The position numbers and the translations under genes are program-made. From Azolla caroliniana (lineage: Eukaryota; Plantae; Polypodiophyta): 64,000 bases of DNA. The DNA lies in contig JBHGNT010000003.1 of assembly GCA_043228905.1 (NCBI GenBank), forward strand, positions 12,152,001 to 12,216,000, read 5' to 3'. A model generated the notes under the pieces. The model was not told where the DNA came from, searched no databases, and was given only the letters and a program-made list of their open reading frames with translations. Shown in pieces: positions 13,180-25,800 of the stretch. Within the stretch, counting starts at the first letter, position 1, and each line of letters begins with the position of its first letter.

Positions 13180-13377
13180 TGTGGGGAAGGAAATTGGTCC
13201 CTCCGGATGGGATCTAGTTGTGAATGAAGAGATCCGGAAACCGGATTGGATGAACCCGTTGAGAACCGGACGAGACCCAATGAAAATCGGAAGAGAAGAC
13301 AGATTTGTAATTATGTCTTGAGTAAGCCTATTCAGGCTACATTTATAAATAGCCCTAAGTTCATATAAGTATAAATA
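13180..13377 (+). mobile_element. 5' part of a B-family copia LTR inserted in the RT of C, interrupted by Q
   Basis: TGTGGGG...GGTCCCTCCGGATGGG...AGCCCTAAGTTCATATAAGTATAAATA matches the U3 of the B LTR. Confidence 0.75.
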
Positions 13378-13658
13378 TGTTAGGATTTCGGTCCCTCCGG
13401 ATGGGATATGAGTACCCGGAAATGAAGGCCCGGTGAGAACTGGATGATGAAGGGCTGGTGAGAACCGGATGATGCAGGCCCAGTGAGAACCTCTCACCGG
13501 ATGAAGGGACATATATGTAAATATGTTTCTGAGAGCCCATTGGGGCTATATCTGTAAATAGTCCTAAAGTCATATTAGTATAAGTATGACCTAGGGAAAT
13601 CTGTGTGTAGTGGTCATTTTATCTTGTATAGAGTTATTGGTGTAACTGCGGTATAGAG

Positions 13659-13694
<36 letters not shown>

Positions 13695-14717
13695 GCAAGT
13701 CTCTGTTGTAACCGCCGCTAGGCGAAGATTGTGAGCACGAGGTCGTTGCCTCTGTGTTCCCTTGTTGTATTCTCCTTGCATAGTGAGAGTTGGAGTTTGG
13801 GGACTCCCGTGGTTTTTCCCGTTTGATTATCATTGAAGTGATATAAGTCTTGGTTGTGGGCGAAGATTATTCTGCATAGTTCCTGTCAAACTGGTATCAG
13901 AGTGAAATGACACAGAAAATGGAAGATTCATTTGATGGCCTGTTCAAGCTCACCGGCTCCAACTACTGAGTGTGGAAGTTGAAGATGATGGACATGCTCG
14001 TGGTTAAAGATATTTGGTTTCTGGTTCAGTTCAGGGACAAGAGACCAAACAAGATCGATGCCACGATATGGGAGGTGATGTACATGAAGACAACGATGTA
14101 CATACGGTGCTTCATCGACATGAGCTTGTACAACAACTTCAATGTAGAGAGCAAGGCTAATGATCTCTAGGAGAAGATCGACATTATGTTTCAGAACAAA
14201 AATGTTGTTAATCGGGTTTCGGTATTTTAGAAGTTAGTGAGGCTCCGGTATCAAGATGGCTCCAATATGGCGGAGCACATGAATGTCTTCCAGGGGCTGA
14301 TACACCAGACAACCTCGTTGGAAGTACCTCTCGCCGATGAGGTACTTGCTCTACTCCTGCTCGGTTCCCTCCCGCATAGCTGGGAGATGTTAGTTGTCAC
14401 TTTGGGCAACGCTGGGCTGGAAGGAAAACAATTATCCCTAGCAAGAGTCAAGTCGAGCTTGCTAGATGAGGAGACGAGTTGGAAAGAGTCCAAGGATACG
14501 AGCTCCGACTCTAAAGAGCTCCTTACCGAATCGGAACACTGAAGAAAAATGAACCACAGTCCCCAACACCGGGAAAAGTCGGGGACACAGTCAAAGTCAA
14601 GGAGGAGGCCTACTTGCTTCTATGGCGGTAAGCCGGGACACTTCCAGAAGAACTGTCGGCATTTCCGGAAGGACAAGGAAACCGACAATACCGATTCGGG
14701 GCGGTCACCGGACCGGA
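13378..14717 (+). mobile_element. Copia element Q: 5' LTR (13378-13888), PBS and gag, 3'-truncated
   Basis: TGTTAGG...CCTGTCA, PBS TGGTATCAGAG 13892-13902, gag fragments 13970-14542 and zinc knuckle; ends at a junction with gypsy pol. Confidence 0.87.
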
Positions 14718-17660
14718 ATGGAACGGTTAGGCCTTTAGGCTTAGTACGAAAATTAGGCATCATCATTGGCGGACATCGCTTCGACATCTCGGTGGTAGTC
14801 CTTGCCCTCGATGCTCCGAGAGTGTATCCAATGTTGCTTAGCAGACCTTGGCTTCGTTCGGCGAATATCAAACAGAGCTGGCAACATAAGTGCATCAGTT
14901 TTCGACGAGGATGCACCAAGGTTCGCGTACCCACAGAAGAAATAACTGCACAACCCAAGGGGATAACACCATTATACACGAAAGATATAAATATGTTGGA
15001 TGGGGTGGATGATACGGAGTTGGAAGCATACGTGGACAAGCACCCCCGAATCATTCCGCTATTCGAAATCGATGTAATAGAAACCGCGGCGGATTACGCT
15101 ACGCCTACTTCACATCGTGAAGAGGCTTATGAACTAGACCCAGAGTCGATAATGGAATTAAGTAGAGCACGGGCGGCGTTCGAGAAGGAAATGGAAATTT
15201 CACGGCGAATCGTTGCCTCAACCCTAGAAGAAGTTAACGTAGGAACGACATCAGACCCCCGACTCCTCTCCATCGCAAAAGAGTTACTATCGGATTAGAG
15301 AGAGGCGATGATAGCATTGCTCAAGGAGTATAAAGATGTGTTCGCTTGGTCCCACGAGGACATGAAGGGATTAGATCCAAAGTTCTACCAACATAAGATC
15401 AATTTAGCGACCGATGCGAAACCAATCCAACAGCGTCGATACCGCATGAATCCAAATTACGCAGCTCGCGTAAAAGAGGAAATTGACAAACTTCTCAAGG
15501 CCGGATTCATTCGACTAGTCAAGGAAGCTACATGGCTAAGCCTGATAGTTGTCTTACCAAAGAAAAATGGAAAAATACTAGATAGTTGTCGTACCAAAGC
15601 CCGACAGTTGTCGTGGACTACCGAAAATTGAACGTCATAACTATTACAGATGCATTCCCTTTACCTTTCACCGACAACGTATTGGATGCTTTCTAGACGG
15701 CTTTAGTGGGTACAATTAAGTACGCATGCACCCCGATGACCAAGAAAAGATGGCGTTCTTCACGGATTGGGGAGTTTATGTCGCGGTCGTGATGATGTTC
15801 GGGCTAAAGATGGCGCCATCTACATTTCAGCGGACAATCAGGGAGATTTTTGGGGAATATATACCCGCCTTCATGCAGGTCTTTTTAGACGATTTTGCGG
15901 TGTATGGGACAACAGCCGAACATTTTATGCATCTACGGCTTTGCTTGGAACATTTTATGCGCCACCAATGGAGCCCTCCTCGGCCACATAGTCAGCAGAT
16001 CCAAACAAAATCTCCGCAATTCTCACGCAAAAACACTGACAAATGCCAAAGCACTCAGCCGATTTCTGGGACAAATACGATGGCACAGTCGGATGATACG
16101 CTATTTGGCGGATTTTGTCACACCATTACATGCCGTCGTCCACCGTACTCCTTTCAAATGGACAGCAACGGAAGAAAAGGCGTATGATGCGCTAAAAATA
16201 ATGCTAACGCAGGCATCGGTCGTACAACCACCAAATTGGGCGAAACCATTTCACGTTTCTGTGACTAGATGGATGTTGTTGCTCCAAGAATTCCAGTTTG
16301 TAATTTAGCATCGACTGGGTACGCAACACGCGGTGGAAAATTTCTTGAGCAGATTAGATAATGGAGAAATGGCGCAAAAGGATGACGACGACTTTCCGGA
16401 TGCGGACATTCTGCGAATAGCAACTTTAGCAACAAGAACAGAAAAGAATTTTCTAGATCTGTGGTTGATGGAAATGACCTACTTTCTGACCACGGGGTTA
16501 CCTCCACCACAATTAAGGACGGAGGAGAAAAAATGGCTGGCCGTCCAGAGTTGTAATTTCTGTTTAGTCGAAGACATCCTATATCACAAAGGCAGTGACG
16601 GCATCTGGCGGCGCGGAATACATTAGGATGAGAAGGCAGCGGGCAACGATTTTACGCGAAGCTCACTGTGGTACGGCAAGAGGACATTATGCAGGTGATG
16701 TTACGGCTCAGAAAATCTGGCAAGCGAGACTTTGGTGGCCGACTACGCAAAAGGATGCGTATGAATATTGCAAACAATGAGATTTATGTCAACGGATGGG
16801 CCAGCCCACGGAAGTTGCGAGAATGCCACATCAATCGGTGTTGCCGTTGGATCCGTTCCAAAAGTGGGGGCTCGATTTTGTGGGGCCCTTTACACTGGCG
16901 GTTGCTCGAACCGGCAATAAGTATATCCTTGTGACTACGGATTACTGCACCAAATGGGTAGAAGTGAAAGCACTACGCGAAAATACCGCGGCAGTCACGA
17001 CGAAATTTCTTTACGAACATATCTGGTGTTGTTCTGGCTGTCCTATCGAGCTCATCAGTGACCAAGGGGGTCACTTTCTGAATACGATCATCAGTGAACT
17101 GACCCAACACTATGCCGTGGTCCACAAAAAGAGTACGTCGTATTATCCACAGGCAAATGGCTTAGTGAAATCCACAATCCCTGCCTTTCAGGTTAGCATT
17201 TGGGCTGGAGGTCGTAATGCCAGTCGAATTTCAGGTACCCAGTTTGTGGATTCAAATACGAGACCGGTTGCCAGAGGACAAATCCGAGCAAATACGGCTA
17301 CAATAACTACTTGAACTAGGCGAGACATGATTACGAAGCATGGCCATACTGGAACAGGAGCAACATTAGCGTAAAGCATTCATGGACCGGCATCAAAATG
17401 CATGTGAAAAAGATTTTGTGGTCGGCAAAACGATCTTAGTCTTTCAAACACGGATGGGACAAATGTCAGGAAAATTAAGGTTCCACTGGATGGGGCCGTA
17501 TTGGATAGTTGGCACAGAAAACGACATGTTTCAACTAGGCACCCAGCCAGAGAAGTGTTATGACAAAAAGTGAATGGGTTTCGACTAAAACCCTACCTAG
17601 GACCGGTGCCTCCAAACCCGTTCCACGCCGTAAACAACACGGCCGAAGAATCTGTGGATT
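14718..17660 (+). pseudogene. Gypsy D pol (PR, RT, partly deleted RNase H, integrase)
   Basis: ORFs 15308-15631, 15726-16187, 15895-16308, 16333-16626, 16796-17314, 17382-17573. Confidence 0.85.
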
Positions 17661-18263
17661 AATTCATTAAAAGGAACCCACCTGTATTATAATGTAATAG
17701 TAATATTGTATGTAACCGTAACAATAATATTGATGCAAGCACAAACTTCTAGAGCAAGAACACGCGGCACCACGATGGCTCACAGATCAATGAACCCTAG
17801 GCCACAAAAAGAAGAAAATAGAAGGTTTTCTGCACAGTACAGAAACCAATCTTCAGCCTCTAACCCTCGTCGCTCTCGACGCTCTCCTCACTCACCTTCC
17901 TCTCCATCATAGCACAGAGCCCACGTTTGCCATAGCCAGCAAACCTCACCCACTCCCCACGAGTCTCACCCACCTACGATGCCGATCACTATCTCTGCCG
18001 CCTTGCCTAGATGGCTCGTCGAGAAGCGACTGGATGGATACATCAAAGCCATTGAAGCGCCTGCTCACCCTGAAGCCGTGGACATTGCTAGGAAACTCAA
18101 TATAGACACGGTCACCAACGCATCCATCCGAAAGAAGCTTGATTTGTAATCGCTTGGAGAAAGACATTTCGACATCCCCCCTACGGAAACCTTGCAGAGA
18201 TATTTCAGGGCATATTCGGCGTCCGCCAAAGCATACAGGACAAAGGAAATCCCCGACCCATTC

Positions 18264-21200
18264 TGAAAAGAGAGATGATGATAGAAAAGAGAGAGAAGGA
18301 AGATATAGAAACCCAAATCTACAAAGATATATTAATAAGAAGTGATGATCATAGAAACAAGAGAAAGAAGATACATAAACTCAAGCCTACAAGGATGAAT
18401 TGATCACTAGAAAAACGCACTACATGAATAGGCAAGAAAAACACCACAAGAAAAAAGTCCCTCCTCACCACCTCACTCTTCTTGCTTTATATGAAGTTCT
18501 CCTCTAATAGATAAGTTTCGCTTGCTTTCTTTTCCACGCTTTTTTAGAGCTTTTCCATCTCCTATTCTTAGCTATGATACAACGATCTTCTAATCGTCAT
18601 ATCTCCCTCGTAGAAGCTCTAAATTTAGAGCTTTAAAAACTTATGGATAGCTCTCTTCACAAACTTTACAACCCATATTTACACATTATATTTGGCTTCC
18701 AAACGAATGAGTTATGAGCGTTCGTTGTAGACTGCATTTTGGTGCCCGCTTTTTTCTTCTTTTACTTTTCTCCACGTGACTTGCTTTTTGTTTGACTTAT
18801 CCTCAAGACCTTAGCTCGTGATCTTGCCCTCCGGATGTGAACGCACCATTCCTTATATTCTTGTAGACTTCAATACCTTGAATTCTAAAAACAGTTTCAC
18901 ATTTAGCCCTCCCCCTTGCTTCTTGGTGAACCATTTATGGTGAACCCTAAGCTACTAATAAAACTAAAGGTTCTCCTTCGCCTTATTCATGGCTATAGAC
19001 AAAGAAGGAGAAAATAAATAGAAAAGAAACAAACTATGTGAGTAAAACCCCCGCTAGTCGATAGGAAAAACCTCACACTTCTAAACACACACACATACAC
19101 ATTGACAATTGCCATCACCATCTTTCTCCTTGTCAACACAAAGAAAGAGGTTACAACAATTAGTATATCTTCATCAACTTTCCAAACAGAAGTAGGTCTA
19201 TGTGATACATAACTCTTGATAGAAGTAAGCATGTTAACATATGAATAAATCTTTCGAGCGAGCGAACCTTTTGTACAAATACCTTCAAAGCTTCGAGACT
19301 TGTCAGAATTGTCATATTTTGAATTATGTCAATCTTTGCTTCATCAACATGACTTTCTTCTTGGCACACCACATTCTCCACATTACCTTGTTTTTTATGT
19401 ATGACCATTTCATCTAGAATCTCATCTTGAAAAGGAAGCAAAAATAAATCTCGTTTGGTTGAATCATTCAAGGATTGGAAGTTGACGTCTTTCTCCTTTG
19501 GAACAACCACAATAAGTGAGACAAACTTCAAATTCTCCATATGATAAATGAAACTCTCTTGTAACAATGCTTTATGATCTTTCTTTTGCACAACCTTAGA
19601 TTCTTGAAGAGTTTGGGCAATTGGTACCTTCAATTTGATAAGGTCTTTGAAGCAACCTTCTCCTTTTATATGTGAATAGACATTTATGAGTAATTTTGGA
19701 AACTCAAAAAGAAAAGAACTAAACCTTAGATGCTCTTCTCCTTGGATGTAGCTGGAAATCATCTTCTCCAAGGTGATAATGCTTTTCTCTTCAATGACTT
19801 CTTCTTCCTCCTTAGACACCATGTGGAATGATTTGTTTTCCCTATCCCACGAAGATTCATCAATTGTTATGCTTTCCTCTTCTTGATTGCCATTGTCGAT
19901 AGATGATTCCTTCTCCTTTATACATTTGATTAGTTGTGGTGGATCCTTTGATGGTGATAAGTTCATGATACTCCAATCATGCATTGCAAGTAATTCTCTT
20001 TGCTCTTGATCAAATTGTTGTTGAAGAGTTGATGCCCACATAACTTTGTTGCTACTCAATGCAAATCCAAAACATAAATCATGCACGAACACCTTCATAC
20101 ACTGCAACTTGGCACTTACCAATGCTTCCTTACACGCATTGATCTCCAAAAGCCAATCTCCAGCTATCACTTCTAGGTTACCTTCTTCATCTTGCAACTT
20201 CGTTGTGGGTACTTCACCATCAACAACTTCTTTTGTCATATCTTCCATTTCATCTTGCACATATTCATCATCAACCACCATATCGCTTGTTGTGTCAATA
20301 ATGTCCTCAACATGATGTACATTGGCATCACCATCCATAACATCGCTTCTCATAACTATCTCCTTAGATTCGTCTTTCACATCATCATTCTTTATATCAT
20401 GGTTGTCCTCATGAACTAGATGGGGGGACTCCACATTCATCACCTCTTCTTCATTGTCTCTGGAATCACCTTCATAGACATCATTATAACTCCAAAAATT
20501 AGAATAATGATATGAGGGAACCTGTTGAATCGGACATTGCAAGTAGGCTGGTTGTTGGCTCATGACCGATCCACAATTATTATAGCTTGGATTTATGGTA
20601 TATGACGCCGATAATCCATATGCTTCACCGAATAACAACTTCTTCAATTGTTGATCATAACTTTGACATACTCGAAGCAAATCATGGAAAGACCTTGGGT
20701 ACTTCATATGCACTTCATATTGAAAATATGGATCTAGCCCTGCTTTGAATCTTTCCATCTTGAAGTATACATCTTCAACGCCTCCAACAAGTCCAATCCA
20801 AGTGGACCATATATCCAAAAACGTCTTCTCATACTCGAGGTAGCACATTGGTGAAACCATATGCAATTGGAAAAGTTCTCTTCGTAGATCTGTCGCATCG
20901 CGAACTCCATATCGTGCCATTAGTTTGATGATGAATCGGTAGATCCAACCATCAATTAGTGGACAACCGTTCCTCCCGTTATACAGAAAGGATCGACCCT
21001 CCCTGGAGCGCCAAAAATGAAAAGAGAGATGATGATAGAAAAGAGAGAGAAGGAAGATATAGAAACCCAAATCTACAAAGATATATTAATAAGAAGTGAT
21101 GATCATAGAAACAAGAGAAAGAAGATACATAAACTCAAGCCTACAAGGATGAATTGATCACTAGAAAAACGCACTACATGAATAGGCAAGAAAAACACCA

Positions 21201-21655
21201 CAAGAAAAAAGTCCCTCCTCACCACCTCACTCTTCTTGCTTTATACGAAGTTCTCCTCTAATAGATAAGTTTCGCTTGCTTTCTTTTCCACGCTTTTTTA
21301 GAGCTTTTCCATCTCCTATTCTTAGCTATGATACAACGATCTTCTAATCGTCATATCTCCCTCGTAGAAGCTCTAAATTTAGAGCTTTAAAAACCTATGG
21401 ATAGCTCTCTTCACAAACTTTACAACCCATATTTACACATTATATTTGGCTTCCAAACGAATGAGTTATGAGCGTTCGTTGTAGACTGCATTTTGGTGCC
21501 CGCTTTTTTCTTCTTTTACTTTTCTCCACGTGACTTGCTTTTTGTTTGACTTATCCTCAAGACCTTAGCTCGTGATCTTGCCCTCCGGATGTGAACGCAC
21601 CATTCCTTATATTCTTGTAGACTTCAATACCTTGAATTCTAAAAACAGTTTCACA
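18264..21655 (-). mobile_element. Young non-autonomous gypsy LTR element E (gag-only, TR-GAG-like)
   Basis: TSD CATTC at 18259-18263 and 21656-21660; 638-bp LTRs 18264-18901 and 21018-21655 (2 differences seen by eye); PBS TGGCGCTCCAGGGAGGG; PPT AAGGGGGAGGG. Confidence 0.95.
19160..20920 (-). CDS. Gag-like protein (~586 aa from the first ATG after the PBS) with acidic linker and vestigial RT fragments
   Basis: Uninterrupted ORF; retrotransposon-gag-like ERFKAGLDPYFQYEV; RT-like remnants FVSLIVVVPK..LNDSTKRDLFLLPFQDEILD and KIDIIQNM..SLEALKVF; no YxDD motif. Confidence 0.8.
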   Translation of the reverse strand: MARYGVRDATDLRRELFQLHMVSPMCYLEYEKTFLDIWSTWIGLVGGVEDVYFKMERFKAGLDPYFQYEVHMKYPRSFHDLLRVCQSYDQQLKKLLFGEAYGLSASYTINPSYNNCGSVMSQQPAYLQCPIQQVPSYHYSNFWSYNDVYEGDSRDNEEEVMNVESPHLVHEDNHDIKNDDVKDESKEIVMRSDVMDGDANVHHVEDIIDTTSDMVVDDEYVQDEMEDMTKEVVDGEVPTTKLQDEEGNLEVIAGDWLLEINACKEALVSAKLQCMKVFVHDLCFGFALSSNKVMWASTLQQQFDQEQRELLAMHDWSIMNLSPSKDPPQLIKCIKEKESSIDNGNQEEESITIDESSWDRENKSFHMVSKEEEEVIEEKSIITLEKMISSYIQGEEHLRFSSFLFEFPKLLINVYSHIKGEGCFKDLIKLKVPIAQTLQESKVVQKKDHKALLQESFIYHMENLKFVSLIVVVPKEKDVNFQSLNDSTKRDLFLLPFQDEILDEMVIHKKQGNVENVVCQEESHVDEAKIDIIQNMTILTSLEALKVFVQKVRSLERFIHMLTCLLLSRVMYHIDLLLFGKLMKIY

Positions 21656-22749
21656 CATTCTTTCGTGAAATAGACAAGTTCTTGTTGGAGGTAGGATGGG
21701 TGCATGTAAATGCCTATGGGATGCCAAAGCAGAAGGCAGGCATCATCATTGATACCTTCGAAGGGTGCGCGGTTGATTGGGGGGTAATTACGGGACCAAT
21801 GTTACGAGAAGGCATGCATGCGTATCAACGCAGCAAAAAGCTAAGGCCAATCATGCAACAATATCGGATGATACTATTTCCACCCCGAGGTCTGCCCGCA
21901 CCATAGCCCAACAAACCCACATCGCCACCACGTTTCGCGAAACAGAGGTTAGCGGAGTTGGCTACCACAAAATGGGAAGATGAACCCCAATCTTCCCAGC
22001 CCAGCACACGGACAACACAGGGAGAACGGCCGGCAAGCAGGGAGTAAGCTCTGCATGAGCAGGAAGCCGAACAACACCAGGAAAACCCAAGGCCGAAACG
22101 GCGTAGGTTGGACAGGAAAGATGGGTGCGGATTAGTCAAAGACACAACCGCAGACAAAGACACAATTGCGGACACAAACACGACCACCTTGGTCGACAGT
22201 TCCGCAGCTACGGTGTCGTGCCTTTCGGCTCTGGATCGTTGCGTGAGTCGGGTGGGAACCACTAAGGTTTTTGACTAGGAGGAAGAGGAATACAACTTAA
22301 GGCTAGTTATGAATAGTGGAAAGAGAAGTAAGATAACAATCTCGTGAATCCCACGAGTTTAGTGTATTTAAAACAATATTTAGATTATAAGAGTAATTTA
22401 GATGGCAAAATTCGTGAATCCCCCGAATATATTAGATTGATCAATCCTTGTATATTAATCAACAACCTTATACATATTTCTCTCCTCCTTATATAAAAAT
22501 GGAAGAGGCTAAGCATGGCTTCATGCTTTTTCACCAAAAGTGTCCATGCACACTAAATGTGCATGTGGTGCTTTGTCATTTCCTAAGTATAGGGCTCATG
22601 CACGCTAGATGTGCATGAGTCACTTTTAATGTCACGTGTAAATAAAATATTCACACCCTAAAGAATACATGATTTTTACCTCTTAATAAAGGTATGTGTA
22701 AATAAAGGTCTTATACGTATTAAATCTATATGTATAACACTAAAGATAA

Positions 22750-22815
22750 GTTATTACAATGGTAAACTTGGGTTTATCTATGTGGAGGTGCAAGGTTCGA
22801 ATCCTGCCCTATGCA
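22750..22815 (+). promoter_or_regulatory. tRNA-like Pol III A/B-box module in the LTR of F (second copy about 29125-29191)
   Basis: TATTACAATGG ... GGAGGTGCAAGGTTCGAATCCTGC (consensus B box GGTTCGAATCC), then TTTT. Confidence 0.6.
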
Positions 22816-22873
22816 CGTGATAAATATTTTGATATATTATTTATTTATTTATATGTATCTAAAATCGGATATA

Positions 22874-25800
22874 TTATTTTATGGTTTTCACGTAGTGTGT
22901 GGAATACACTACGACACTCGCCCCCTCCGAACCCGCACATCCTCCGGTATGTGCCGAAGTTCTCGATTCCTCATATCTGTCTTCACCCAAGGCTTCCTCC
23001 GATTCTCCCCTTATGTCGACTATGAGTTGTAATTCACTTTCTTCGCTTCCCGCATCACCGTGGTCTTCGTCCGATTGCTCCTCGTTGTCGGCCTTCGCTT
23101 GGATCACATAGGGTTTGTCGTCAGTCCGCTTCTTGAAAATCTTCACCCGCTTCCCGGCTATAGGCACTCGTAGTATTGTTCCATCCAACTCGGACAGTCG
23201 GTACGTTCCGTTGTCAAAGACTTTCCGAACCTCGTATGGCCCAAACCACCTTTTCGCGAATTTCCGCATTGTTGTATGTTGATGGTCCAAACTACTGTCA
23301 TAGACGATCACCGAATCTCCTTCTTCAATCCTCCTCGGTCGTAGTCGGTGCTTTGTGTCGAACCGGCTTTTGTTCCGGAATCGTGCTTCTTGTTGTCGGC
23401 GTATTGCTTCCGCTATGTCTGCCGGTCTTCCCTCTAGTTGTTGTATCCGAACCGCTAGTAGTTCTTCCCGGCTCATCTCTTCCTTCCACGGTAGCACTGT
23501 CCATGTTGCGATCGCAGTTTCCGTCGGCATTACCGGTGCTTGTCCGGTCATGAGTTCTGCCGGCATTTAACCGGTTACGGAACTATGCGTCGTCCGATCC
23601 GCCCATAGTGCATATGGAAGCATCTGCGGCCAGTCCTTCACCTTTCCATCGCATGCCTTCGCAAGTGCTTTCACGATCGGACTATGTCCTCGTTCGATTT
23701 TCCCGTTGGCCTCCAGATTGTATGCCGCTGTCAGCGATAACCGAACTCCATGTTTGGCGAAGAATCCCCTAGCTTTGTCCGAGTCGAGTTCTCCCCGGTC
23801 CGCAATCACTTGTCCTACGCACCCGTACCTGCAAAATACTTCCTCCAAAAGAAATTGGCATACCGCGGAACACGTTTTCCTCTGAAGCGCTCGACCTTCT
23901 ACTTGATGCGTGAGATCTTCCCGAGCTAATACCAAGTATTTCTTTTGTCCGATCCCGGTCGGCATGGCCACTTTGTCGACCATCCACTTGAAGTTGATTG
24001 TCAGTGAGAATGTCAGATGTAACTCATCTCGATGTCGAACCCCGGAGTAGACTTGACATTTCTCGCAGCTTTCTGTGAACTCCACGACATCTTTGTACAT
24101 TTTCTTCCACCAATATTTTTGCTTGATCTTTACAAATGTTGCCCATGTTCCTCGGTGTCCAGCCCAATCAGATTCGTGAAACTCGGACATTATCCAGTTT
24201 CGTTGCTCTTTTGTCCCAACTACTTGAAGTGGTATCCCATCCGGTCTTTTTGGCGCCCTCCATATTAATCCGTTTTCCAAGAAGAACTTTTGGATTTGCC
24301 TCTTCTTCCTTCGGATCTCGGCTCTTCTTCCTTTATCATTTGTTGAATCCTCGGCCTCTTGTAACATCTTTCCGATCATCAAGCTTTCTCCCTCGTATTC
24401 TTCTTCCCGGAATTCTCGGATTACGTTCACTCGGCATATGTGCTCCGACGCGAAGTAGTCTTCGGAAACTTCTTCATTATCTGATTCAGTTATGTCGTCT
24501 CCGAACCGAGCCCTTGATAACATATCCGCTACCGCATTGTCCTTCCCCTCGATGTGTCGAACCTCCGGATTAAGCGACTTGACATATGCAACCCACCTTA
24601 GCATAGCTACATCCGGTATCGTACAACACCGCATCATCCCGAGTATCGGAAGACAATCCGTCTCGATCACCACTTCGGCTCCGATCAAATAATCCCGATC
24701 TGATTTTATCGCCGACACGACTCCCCACAGTTCTCTTTTGACTTGTGCATATCCACGTTGCCTTTCGTTGAGAACCTTTGCTCCGAATCGGATCGGATAC
24801 CGCGAACCATCCGAGTCGGCTTGATTGATGACCCACCCGATACCGGTTGGACTTGTATCAACCGTTACTATGATCGGTTGGTCGTAGCTCGGCTTCTTAA
24901 GTGCTTCCGCCCTCCGAAGTGTCTTCTTCAATTTCTTCATGGCTTTGGTGTGTTCCGGTTTCCATTCAAATTTCTTACCTTTCCGCAACAAGTGGTAGAG
25001 CGGGTCCGCTATATGTGCATAGTGCGGAATCCATATGTGATAGAATGCACATGCACCAAGAAACCTTCGGACTTCGGATGTTGACTCGCATATTTCCTCC
25101 ATAGCTTGAATCGCATCGATCTTTGTTGATGACGGTCTTCGGCCGTAGGGCCCACATAGATGTCCGACCACCAATATTTCTTCTTGCCCGAATGCCAATT
25201 TCTCCCCGGAAAGTGTTAGGTGCACATCTTCTAGTTTTCGCAACACTTTCTTGCAATCATGAATATGGTTGACCACGAACTTTCGGCATCCCCGATCATC
25301 CATAGTCTCATCTTTTTCTTCTACCGCGCATCCTTTCATCGGAATGTCATCGAGGAACGGCATCGTTATCTCCGGAATGCAGTCTCGAAGCACCTTGTTC
25401 ATCGCGTTCATCATATGAGCAACCGAGTTTGTCTCTCCTTGTGGTAGTGTGCACATTCGGACTAATCCTATCAGTGTTCGCATGGTTGTGATGTCTCGGC
25501 TCTCCACGGCAAGTTGGAATTGGTCATACCCCGAGTATAGGTCTCCGATGGAGTATATCGCACGACCGGCAAAAGCTTCCGCAAATTCGTCCACTATCGG
25601 ACTGCCTCCCGAGTTCCGGATCGTGACCTTATTCACCGGTTACAAGTCTTGGATAAATCGGAGTGACCCATTCTTCTTCGGAACTGTAAACCATCGATTC
25701 GAGTACGGAGCAGTTGATGGCTCTAGAATCCCCATCGCCACCTTCTCCTTGAGCAAGTCAACGACTTTCGGAATATGCGCTCGTGGCACCGGAATCGGCT

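Noticed and set aside
20921-21070. First 50 aa of the 636-aa ORF
   Set aside because: It starts at a TTG inside the LTR and crosses the PBS; the first ATG after the PBS (20920) is more plausible.
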